From the NCBI GenBank assembly GCA_964304625.1, contig OZ199839.1, forward strand, positions 2,947,223 through 3,011,222: a stretch of DNA of 64,000 nucleotides, in the 5' to 3' direction. A model generated the notes under the pieces. That model worked only from the letters and a program-made list of their open reading frames with translations. It was not told where the DNA came from and did not search any database. The DNA is from Kudoa neothunni (Eukaryota > Animalia > Cnidaria). The translations under genes were made by a program, and so were the position numbers. Below are positions 50,501 to 61,952 of this stretch, piece by piece. Each line of letters starts with the position of its first letter. Within the stretch, counting starts at the first letter, position 1.

Positions 50501-53500
50501 TCTCTAAAAGATTAAATTTTCCATTCTAATTAAAGTTGAAAAAGGTTTCTAGTGTTTAAACCCCACACACCGCAATAATATTATATTTTAAAATATTATG
50601 ATACATTATTAAACTTTATAGCCAGTATTGAATACAGAATATTAAAATAATCGTAATGAAGTTATTATTTCACCAAACTGTAAACTCCATCAATTAGGGA
50701 TTGGTTGTTTAATTAAACGTTATTTAATTATAGTTTCTGATCAACAAAAATCTGATTTGTGTTTTTGTGATATTTTTTATTTAATCTAAACCGTAAACGT
50801 ATTTTTATCATGTTAAACAAGACCTAACAATTGGACCAACTGGGGATGTCAAAAATCACTATAACCCAATACATTAAAAATTTTTATAATTATTCTCACC
50901 CCTTTTAATTTGGTCAACTCTGATGCAAATATTACTCTCAAATTAGTTCTCTCAATGTGCTCGTGGTTCTATGGGAAATACTTCTCGTTTTAATGTGACT
51001 CAAGAATATTTTTTAATAAATATTATTTTTCTTTTCTACTTTAAATAAATAATATCTGGAACAGGTATGGTAATACCAATTAACTTTTTATATTTCCAGA
51101 CTATGGAAAAATAAGGAATTTAGATACTTATTCTTAAAAAATTAATTCAAATAGAAAAAATACGAAGAATAAAGCGTTCAAAATAAGGGAGTACTATATA
51201 ATAATATAATTCATTAGAAAACTCCCATGGTAGAAATAAATAATATTTTCTAACTTTCATATTTGTTCCTATTTCATTGTAACTTATTTTCCCATAAAAT
51301 AACATGTAAAATTTATTTTATTATGAAAAATAGATGCATCGAGATTCGAGTGCTTTGTAGAAGGTGCATATAAGTTTAATGCCTCACAAATCATTTAAGC
51401 CTATTTTGAGTTACAACACGTTTGTTTGAAACAAAATATTTTGTAATTTCAGACTAAATTTTAGTTGGGCCAATCAAATCGATCTCGACTTAATTTATAA
51501 TTATTTTTTCATTTAGATTTATTCATGATTAATACAATATATTAAATCTATCTTTTTGAATATTTTATTATTTAAATTACAGAAATGAAAATTTATCATT
51601 TTAAAGTACTTAAAGATATTAGAAAAAAATTCTCAATGAAAATTTGGTTTTCGTCAGTAACAGAATCACAAATATTACAATTAATCATCGTATAATAATG
51701 TCTCTAATACTCAAAAAATACCCATACTAGAACTAAATATTTTAAATTAAATTTTAAAACAAAATTTAGTATCTGTTAATTAAAAGGAAGGATAACACCC
51801 ATTAAGAATTATTCATGTTTGCGCATGCCCGGCACTTGAAATCTTTTATTAATAATTTTAAAAGTATATTTAAAATATTTTAATTTATTAAAGTAACATT
51901 TATATTTTATTTTTGTTTATAAATTAACCCAATTCATGCTTAAAAATTTATATTCAATGTTAAAATTCAAAATTAATCCATAGAAATTAAGAAATCTTAG
52001 ACTTGGTAAAAAATTAGGAAGAAAGTTTTAAGAATATTTTTTAATATAAAAACGTAATATTGGTGAACAATTGGAAATTACCTTAATAATTTCCAACTCT
52101 CTTTGTATGGTTTCAAAGTTGTTGAGAATTATGTTGTTTTCAATAAATTTGAGGGCAAAAATCTTTTCTTTGTCATTTATTGACTGAATTCTACCACGGT
52201 AAATATGAAGGATAAAGAGTGCTCACATTGTATAGACATTAATAAATTTTACTTATGCACTGTTGAAAAATTACCAGAACCAACCAAACAATCCACATTA
52301 AAATGATTGGTCCAAGGCTCATTGAGATAATTTTTAAAAGTGTTTTTAATGATTTCATCGAATAGTTTGTCTGATTTTGAGGTTGGAAAGGAATGAGATT
52401 TGATGATGTGATGTTTGGAGTTGGATGGTGTGATCATTGGAACTTTTTCGGTTTGAATGAACCGGTTACTGGATGGGGAGGATCCATAGATAAATTTTTG
52501 CTCATTATCGCTCGTCTCATTATTGTTATTAGAATCAATTAAAAAGTAGTTTCTGTTAATAGATTCGTTTTCATGATTGATAAATATATAGCCAATTCTA
52601 TAAGAGATCCGATTTATACTGATCAATTCAACTCTGGATAATCTTCTAAATGAGCATATCAGAGTTTTCCTATCGAGAATATCAACCATAGATCTAGCAT
52701 AGTAACCTTCCATGGAGCATAAAAATTTGAAAGGTTTTTTGTACCTCTCTTTAACGACATCAATGTTAGATATTAACTGGTGGATTCGATTGAAAAAGTC
52801 GTCCATATTCTGTACGCCTTTGCTTTGAATAACTATCTTGTAGATATTTTTTGCGGTAAAATTAACAAATATTTCATCGCATATTTTTCTTTTTGTTTTT
52901 GATTGTAATGATGGGTTTCTGGATATTGAGTGTCTTAATTTGTTTTCCTCATTATCAAACCAGATATTATAGTAGCATTCGCTTCGAGATTTTGTTGCGA
53001 TTTGTATTTCAGGTGGAACGTGGTTGATTGTTGTTAATAGTTGGTTGTTTTCCTTCGAGCCGTCTGGGGAATAACATGTCGAGATTTGATTGGAATAGTC
53101 GCATCTTTTATACCATTCGGTCGAATCATATTGAGATGTTAATTTGTGATCGAACCGTTCCAATTTCGATGATAACACCGATTTATCGGCGTCCTCACCA
53201 ATACAATCAGGTACAAGTATCAATGTTATTTCATTGGATCTATAGTATTTCTTTGGAGGTATCAATATTTCATTGAAATTCCCCACAATTTCCAGATCCC
53301 TTCTGGATGGATTCAAAAATATTCCCATATTTTGCCAATTATCCACAATAAAAACTATGTTCGACAACAGATAAATTCGTCCTAAAAAAGTTATTTATAT
53401 CAATTAAAAATGAAATTAGCTGTTGTTCGATTGGGGCGATTCGAATTCACCGACAAAGCCTCTACCAAATAAAACTTATTAATCTAATATCAACATAGAA

Positions 53501-53993
53501 CATCATACATTGAGCGAGTAAATATCGTTAAATCGGATCAATCTAATTTGGGACAACAGGTCCTATCCCCTAATGGCACATTGTAATAAAGTCCAAATAA
53601 ATTTCACTCATACATTAATTAATGATTTTCTATCTCGTTTTTGTAGAAAGTTTTAAAGTTTACGGTATCATTTGGTAAAATTCACCAAAGGTAACACCTA
53701 GATCTAATATCTTCTAATTATCGCATAAACGACTACAATTGAAGGGTTGATCGATAAAAAATTTGTTTCTACTCCAATTGAGCTATAAATTTATATTTAT
53801 CAACCAAGTAAAGTTTATTATATATCACTATCAATAATGAATTTTTGAATCCAAAATAGTTCATCAGATTTTCTCCCTCGAATATATGCGACATTTCTCA
53901 AAAGATCATCTCCCTAAAAGTCTCACCATTGGCTCCTCTCTATATTCTATTTCGTTTGTCAATAAATGATTAGAAATGGAATGTATTTCCCAT
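47591..53993 (-). CDS. CAMK-group Ser/Thr kinase with doublecortin-like N-terminus (DCLK-like); 3701-nt intron 48381-52081; start approximate
   Basis: VGSGNFSTV, FALKFI, RELEII, HRDLKLENILL, DFGLS, CGTPYYLAPE, DLWAIG. N-terminal segment KIVIQSKGVQNMDDFFNRI..FKFLCSMEGY..SMVDIL resembles a DCX domain. Confidence 0.8.
49083..50404 (+). mobile_element. Internally deleted piggyBac element in the kinase intron
   Basis: TTAA|CCCTCTAAG ... CTTAGAAGG|TTAT; palindromes at 49098, 49276 and 50368; transposase fragments WKDFDVNEMHGFIGWLLFM and SRGNCSFRQYIKCKLTKYGLK (~FRGRC.FRQYIP.KP.KYGIK). Confidence 0.9.
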
Positions 53994-54670
53994 GATTGAA
54001 TCTCCAATTATTTTAATTCAAATAATTGAATTACATGGATATTCAATTATTATTATTATAATTTCAAATTCGTTTTCGTATGATGTCCACTTTATATATG
54101 TTGGTTTCCCCTTTTATATACATATCATTCAGTTAAATAGATAATGCATTGTGATATTTTATCGCAAACTAATTATAAATAGAATTGACTATTTATTTAA
54201 TATTTACGCTTGAATATATTTAAGTTAAAAAAATTGGCAGAGAACACCAAATTTGGATTAAACTATCTAATTTAAACTCTTTAAAATGTTATTTTTGATA
54301 ATAATCTTTATAAATTAATCGAATTTTGTTATTATTACAGTATTAATAATGGTTCAAGGTGTGAAAATATATGAGAAAATTCAATCAAACATGCGCATAT
54401 GAATATTAAATTTGATGTAAATATATCCACTTTGGAATCTATTTAGCGCGATATACATCGCTTATTTTCGCTTGGTTCATTCAGGGGATTTGACTTGGGG
54501 TATTCCGACGCATTTTCGATCTCTTTACCCGAAGGGAAGTCATAGTGTTGCTTTTATTGTGCTAGTGATTAGTATAATTTTGTAGATTTCCTTTTTCATC
54601 GTTTACAACTGGAATACATTCTAATTAATCTTTGGAAATTGTATAGGTTGGAATAATTCGATAGGTCGTT

Positions 54671-56038
54671 ATGTCATTTGTGTTTTGTGATAAACTCGAA
54701 GGAAAAATAGCCCTGGTTACAGGGGCTTCTCGCGGAATCGGTAAAGGAATCGCAACCATTCTAGTTCAGGCTGGAGCTACTGTTTACATAACTGGTAATG
54801 GCTAATGTGTTGTGATCTATAATCTCCAATGAGGTTCGTGATTAGGTAGGGAAAAGTCAGAGAGCGAATTTAATGTGAAACATGTGGCTCAAACGGTAAT
54901 TGTTGTGTGATTTTTAATGGTTAAGGGTGACTAATGAGGATGTGTAGTTGAATGAATTGAAAATGGGACAATGCAACTTTGTTTACTGTGATCACAACAA
55001 CGATAAGGAAACCGAGGCTGTTTTCGACATGATCTCTAAACACCACAATGGTCAACTGGACATCCTGGTGAACAATGCATTTTCGGGTGTTACTGTAGGT
55101 TACTATTGTTTTATTGTATTCGATATTTGAATTAACCTCCGATTGGTTAAATGTTAAATAGAAGATGGGAAAATGTATAAGAGAACCATTTTGGAATATG
55201 GTAATTCTATTTGTGTTGTTTCGAACAATTTTTTATATGTTCGATTAAGGACTACAAATATTGGGATGATCTCAGTAACGTGGGATTGCGGTATGTTATT
55301 TACTCAAATTCTTACACCAACCTATCACTTTATACCACATCCTAAACAGATCCAATTACGTTTGCTCGGTGTTGGCTTCAAGAATGATGGTCAAAAATAA
55401 ATCCGGCCTCATCGTAAACATTTCTTCAGCCGGAGGAATTGTGCCGTTATTCAGCGCCGCTTACGGAGTCACCAAGGAAGCCACCGATAGAATGGCCCAA
55501 GAGTTGGCCAGAGAAATAAAAAGCTTTGGAATCACTGTGGTTTCTTTGTGGCCTGGTTGTGTGAGAACCGAAATCATGAGGGAAATTTACAATAAAAATC
55601 CCAATGGATATGTATTTTATATGACTACTTCCTACAATTCAGATCTTATATTGTAGCTGGCCAAATTATGGACTATCTCAGAAGATCCTACGTTAACTGG
55701 TAAAGCAGTTGTTGCTTTGGCAAGTGGTAAGTGTTTGTTCGTGCTACTATGAGTGATGCTATGTGACTTTTTAAGATGAACAAAAAATGAAATACACAGG
55801 GAAAATTCTTATTGTTGCTGATATGGCAATCAATTATGACTTTATCGATGTTGATGGTAATTTTTATTTTTCAAAAAATAATTTCATCATTTTTCGCGTG
55901 GTTTTAGATAAATATCCCATTTCAATTCTTTCTCTCAAATACCATGTGCACAAGGCTTTTCCAAATTTGTCGTGGTTGGTACCCCATTTCGTCAAAATCC
56001 CTGGTTGGTTGTTGACTGCCTATTATTCCAAACTTTAA
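54671..56038 (+). CDS. DHRS1: Short-chain dehydrogenase/reductase DHRS1-like, many micro-exons
   Basis: [42 protein letters not shown] (YxxxK), VSLWPG.VRTE, C-terminal [15 protein letters not shown]. Confidence 0.92.
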
Positions 56039-56123
56039 ATTATATGAACTATATCGATTTGTCATCGTTTTACAAGGTTTAAATTTAAAATTTGTCTGGA
56101 CTCGTAAATCTCCTTCATATTAA

Positions 56124-57300
56124 CTTATAAATGAAATGGAGTAGATTTCTACTCCGAGTAAGTTTCTCCAGCAATATTATATAATATTAATATAGTAGGT
56201 AATTCCTAATCAAGTTTTTGTAATATTATATCGCGGTGAAAGCTTCAAGCTAACGACGACTTTGGAGTCAAATTGACCCCAAGGTATATTTGAAATCTAT
56301 ATTACTCTTTGAAATTCTACATATTTGATTTATTTTCATCAATTTGTACACAGCAAATAATAATAGAATTAAAGAATAAAATAAGTGCAATAATAATATG
56401 ATAAAAAATTTTTAAAAGTAGAATAATAATTTTCGAAGTTTATTAACTCAATTTTTGGTAAAACAGTGATTATTATACCATTTGATCCATGTTAATATCC
56501 TACTAATGATCTCAGATGTGGATCGCGAACTACCGTAAGAAAAAATGATATATTACCTGAATTGTTTTAGTTGGTCGATAGGACACTATACACTTCTTCC
56601 ACAACAAAATAATTGTGAATTTTTTTAAATTTAAACACAAATATCCAACTATTTGAACAATTCTTACATTTTTTCGATAAATCTCCCCCATCCTTTGACA
56701 AATTGAACAGTTCAGATAATATCCTTCACGATCCTTATGCATAGCCATTAGAATGAGGTCATCCAAATAACCGTTGAAATTAGTAGAATCCATATTTAGA
56801 CAATCACCCTTCAAGCAATGTTTCCTCAAAAGATTAGTGTAATTGACTATTTTTTAAGGATAATTTCAAAGAAAAATATGAACAACAGTCTAAAATCGTA
56901 TGGATCTGTTGATAACAATAAACAGCAGGGCCATGAGGTAGGCTCAAAATGTTTCCGGTCGAAATGCGTTTTGTTAGAGGTATTTTGAGATATCAAACAA
57001 TTCCAGATTTGCTGACATTCGAATTGCCGATTACTCTTGTCTCCATTTATTCTCTGGAATCTTTTGATGATTCCAGAAAGCAATCGTCAGGCGCGCTTAC
57101 AAGTGATTCCAATTCAACAACGAACTCGCTACGTTTACTCATCGATAATTACTCAGTTAGATTTCAGCATGAGGTATCAGTTAAAATTCAGGTTAAAAAA
57201 CAGAAGTATTTTTGTTTTCGTGAAAATAAATAATACTTGTTTTTTTTTTCCATTTGTGTATGAAATAATTGATTACATAAAATTAGAATAATAGGATTTT
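56124..57300 (-). mobile_element. Decayed piggyBac remnant
   Basis: TTAA at 56120-56123, palindromes GGAGTAGATTTCTACTCC (56138) and GGAGTCAAATTGACCCC (56263); minus-strand fragment LILMAMHKD resembles LLFMAFHKD of the 49 kb element. Confidence 0.6.
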
Positions 57301-57418
57301 CCCCATGGAAAAGAATTACAATTATTATTGTTAATAATAAATTAATTATTCAACAGTATTTATACCTTATGAAGAGATACGTAAAAGATTTAACAGGATT
57401 AATTGCTATATCTTATAT

Positions 57419-59725
57419 CAGGGGTGGGAAAACTTTTATGGTTCGCGGGCCGCATTCATAAAAAATAGCTTTTTATACTGATAAAAGATAGAAAATGTTT
57501 TAAAACTCATTCTTTATCGATCACATATGCTTTCATTTATTAAAATAAATTTCAATTTTAATATATTCCTAAATATTTTTACTTTTACTACCCTAAGTAT
57601 ACTTACACAGGAAGAATTTTCCAAATCGTATGAGCTTTAAAATACCCTTTATTCCGAAAATTTAAAATAATTCGTCTTCTTAGAAACAACACGAAGTATT
57701 GTAATTATAAAATTTTTCATAATAGTTTAACTTAATAAGGAGATTTTTCATTCGCGAGCAAATAAAAACAAACATAATAATAAATAAAAAGAACTAATAT
57801 GACTTATGGAACTGGCAGCCATCATTAATAATAATTTGTTCAAAATCAAGTTTTAATGAGCGTGTACTTATTCTCAAAATCGAGTGAAAATTGGAGCTTG
57901 CCATTATCGCTCTATTTTGAGACTTGTTTATTTTCATTAATGAGAACGTTTGCTCACATATGTATGTTGATACAAAAATAACAAACATTCTTTTAGCAAA
58001 CCTTCTCAAATTAGGGAACTTCTCATTGTTGAGAGAAGAGTAAAAGCTAATCAAATTTTTTTAGGGAATGTCGGCTTGCAAGTCTTTTAATTCTAACTGC
58101 AGTTCTTCTGAGAATGTTTCAACGTCACATGTAACAGGCGAGCAGAGCAAAGTAAAGTCATTTTCGATTAACCTAAAATCGGAAAATCTTCTGGCGAACT
58201 CTTCTTTTAACATTATTAGCTGGGAACTATAGATATCACATAATGTTTTGGTGGATTTTAAACCTTCATTGTTGGAAAATAGTTGAAGTTTTATTTGGAA
58301 GTTAAATCCTTCCAAATATAACTCGTGAGCAAATAAGCCTTTTCCTTGTAATTTTGCATCCAAGTCATTCATGTTTTCCATTATTTCTGTAGCGAATGCG
58401 AAATCACATAACCATACATGATTTTTGATTTTATCAACAAAATCGCAACTAATGTCCGTTATGTTTAAAAAGAGGGAGATTTCGGTTTTCAGCACCCATA
58501 CTTAACCATTGTACATTAGTGTAATAGAGTACATAGGTAAAATCAAATGCAATTTCCTCTAAAAAGCTCCTAAATAGTCTATGTAGAAGAACTCTTGGTC
58601 TTATCACATTAGCAGCAAACACTACAGGGTCCAAAACATGCTTAAATTTCAATGAAGATTTACACTGGCTTTCTTGATGTATAATACAATAAAATGACAA
58701 AATTTTGTGTGATGGAAAATCTTCATTGATTTTATTATTCATCAGTTTTATTAGCCCAGAATGTTTTCCCACGATTGAAGGCGCTCCATTAGTAATGAGT
58801 AATGACGCTGGTGAGTTTGTCCAAGCTTAACCAGAGCTGTTCAAACTATTCATAACGCTGCCTAACATATCTTGTTCAGTTGTGGTATTCTTCAAGGATT
58901 CAAGTGATAAGAGCTCCTAGGTAATTTCGAAATTATGGTGAATTCCTTTTACAAAAATGAGTAATTGAGCGGTATCGGTAGCATCTGCACTTTCGTCCAA
59001 AACAATAGAATAATACTCAAAGTTGGCAACTTTTTCGAACAAAATTTCTTGTACGTTTTGAGAAATATTTTCAATTCGTCGAACGATTGTTCTTCGTGAT
59101 AGAGGAATAGCTTCCATTTTCAGGGTGACCTCAGTGCACACAACATTAACAGCATCCATAAAACACTCTTTGATAAACTCCCCGTCCGAAAATGCCTTGT
59201 TATATTTTGCTAATGTGTGGGAAAGCATATAGCCGGCTATCGTAGCATCTCTTTGTATGGATGTTGCTTTTTCAAATGAATTTTGTTGGCGTTTTAAATT
59301 TTGTACCATATCAAATGCCTTAATTTTCAATTCTTCCTGTGACAAATTAGATCTAAAATTGGAATGTTTGGTTTGATAATGGCGTTTCAAGTAATATTCT
59401 TCGTACACAGCGATTGTATCACGACAAATCAAACATACAGCCTTATGGTTGATGATGGTAAAAAAGTACTTTTCAGTCCACTAGTGATTGAAACTAGCCA
59501 TCTCAACAAACTTTGTATATTAAAGAAAGTTTCGACAAAAGTATAAAAGAGGTAACCGCTGTTTATAATGTTGTCTTTCGGCATATTTTTCACCTTTTTT
59601 GAGGGCGGTATGTTTTGTTAGTTTACATCGCTTAATTAAGGTAAAAAATTTATCTCTGTGTATATAAAATCTAAAATAATTTGAAAAGAAAAATGCTTGT
59701 CGATCAGTAGATTCATGAATACCGG
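57419..59725 (-). mobile_element. hAT Buster/SPIN-type (GTF2IRD2-like) transposon with pseudogenised transposase (57794-~59500)
   Basis: TIR CAGGGGTGGGAAAACT..CGCGGGCCGCA preceded by TCTTATAT; CLIC..LKRHYQTKH, YSIVLDESADATDTAQLLIFV, CIIHQE, STYICEQTFSLMKINKS; stops and frameshifts; far end not found. Confidence 0.92.
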
Positions 59726-59729
59726 TTAA

Positions 59730-61060
59730 CCTTCCGAGCGTCTCTGGGATTAATATGACTCCAGACGGCATTCAGTCATATTTTAAACCAATTTAGAAGT
59801 CAAGTTTATACTTAAAACCTTAGCTATTTTCCTAAAAATTTTTTTTTTCTAAATTAAAGGTGCTGAACGTTATTTGGAAATAAATAAGCTTTTCATGAAA
59901 AATACTTACACTCTCCCTCTTTTGGGGTCAATATGATCCCAGTCACTTATCTCAAAAAAACTATTTTATACATTTCTAAATTATAGATTAAATATTTTTA
60001 AACAATTTCTTTAATTGAAATTTTGTTAAATGAGCACAGCGAAAAACTAAAAATTTAATTTCTGATGTTAGTCGATAATCTCGGACGGGGTAAATTTTTA
60101 ACGATGAGTGATTATGACCACGATTTATTGTCGAATGATGATACTGAGGTCTGTGAAATTTATTACGAAATTCAAGAATTTAATTTTACATCAGAATCCG
60201 ATTTTTATAACGATGAAATTGCTGAAAATTGCTATGTTGAGAAAAATGGAGATAAATGATCGATTGAAAAGCCTAGACTAGCGGAAACCAGAAGATATAC
60301 TCCAGTATAATCAATACAAGGGTGATGTAAACACAGTTGGCAGGATTATATCAACAACAAATGTCAAGACATACAAATCGATGACCAACAGCTGTTTTCT
60401 ACAATATGATTGATATTAGCTTAATTAACACATATCACGTTTACAAGAATACTTTCCTAGATTCAAATTTTTAGAACAGTTGGCTGATAATCTAGTTAAA
60501 AATTATATTCGCGATAACATTAAATAAGTTGAACAAACATTGCAACTAGCGTTCCTCGTTCTAGTAGAAAAAGATGTTATCCGTTCGATTATGTTCGAGC
60601 CAACAAAATAAAAACATTCATTTACGATGGACAATTATATTGTGAAAGCCATTCAAACCTTACCTGCGAAAAATGTTCCAAATAAATCAATTATTAGGTT
60701 TCGCAGAAATATATTAAATTCTTCATTTTTCGTCATAGATGATTGATTATTTTTAACTCTCAAAAGTATATCTTACTCTAATTTTATCAAATATTTGAAA
60801 CACTATAAACATGAATGGTCATACGACTTAAATTAGTCAAATAGTGATTTATATACACAATTTGTTGGCTTTGGCATTAGTTGTACAATATCGCAGGTAC
60901 TATTCCTAGTCATTACTCCCAAGTTAATGACTAGATTTATGTTTAATTCCTATAAAACGTCGTAAAATATTTTATTATACTATTGTAGGGAAAAAAATAT
61001 ATGGGGTTATATTGGCCCAAAAGAAGGAGATTGTATTGTCGATTTTGGGCGCTCGGAAGG
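59730..61060 (+). mobile_element. Non-autonomous piggyBac element with intact ends
   Basis: TTAA|CCTTCCGAGCG ... CGCTCGGAAGG|TTAA (perfect 11-bp TIR, TTAA TSD); acidic N-terminal remnant (60065-60259) and Cys/His-rich C-terminal remnant (~60570-60685); catalytic core deleted. Confidence 0.92.
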
Positions 61061-61154
61061 TTAATGTTACAGAGTATGCAATTAGATTGATTATTCCTTT
61101 TACGACGACAACAACAACCTATTAATGTGTAACTAGATTTCGAAGCTAGTTACC

Positions 61155-61828
61155 ATAAAAAAAGTCACGAAATCGCTTATATGCGTGTTGTTCTTTCAAA
61201 TACTTGTCAGAATTATGTGAACTTATTGATAAAAAGAAACTACAAAAATCTCATTTATTATTTTTTCAATGTCTATTATTTATAAAAAGACAGGACTTTT
61301 GCATTAATCTCGCATTCTATTATATAAGAATTTTTCGTTTTTTAACTCTTTATAGTACTAAACACATTAATTAGAGAAAATAAAGATTTTATGCAATAAA
61401 AATATTTCAATTATTACAAGAACATTTTCCACTCCGAAATTTGTTATGGATTTTACTTTTAAATATTTACCCATGGATAGATAAAAATTCATTAACTTTT
61501 TTTATTTTAAGATATTATGCATCATTGTCTATATTTGGTTAGAATTTTAATAATTCCCCAAAAAATTACAGGTAAGGTTTTCGTAGTTTCTATTTTGTTT
61601 ACAAAAAAAATCACATATAAGTGATTTAAAATTTTTAATAAAATTGGGGATATTAGATAAATAATTAATTTAAATTTTTTTTGGCCTGTTCATTAAAGTG
61701 AATAATGGGAAAGAAAGGGTAAAATATTTATATGTATGATTGGATTATGAATTAAAACAAGATGGGTTCCATGATAAGTTCATTAAACAAATTAGGGGTC
61801 CGCGAGGAAAAAAGCTAAAGAACTATTG
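61155..61828. mobile_element. 3' half of the hAT element family seen at 36653-37716
   Basis: Shared blocks AAAGTCACGAAATCGCTTATATGCGTGTTGTTC, GCATTAATCTCGCATTCTAT, CATTGTCTATATTTGGTTAGA and TTAGGGGTCCGC in the same order and orientation. Confidence 0.88.
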
Positions 61829-61952
61829 GAATATAGTGTTATTTGAGGCGGTCTTAAAGTTAAGTAAGAGAAACACTATGAAAACACATGGCATATGAAA
61901 CATCAGAAAAAACTTTTAAAAAAATTAAAAGTGAAATAAAATTTATGAAAAT

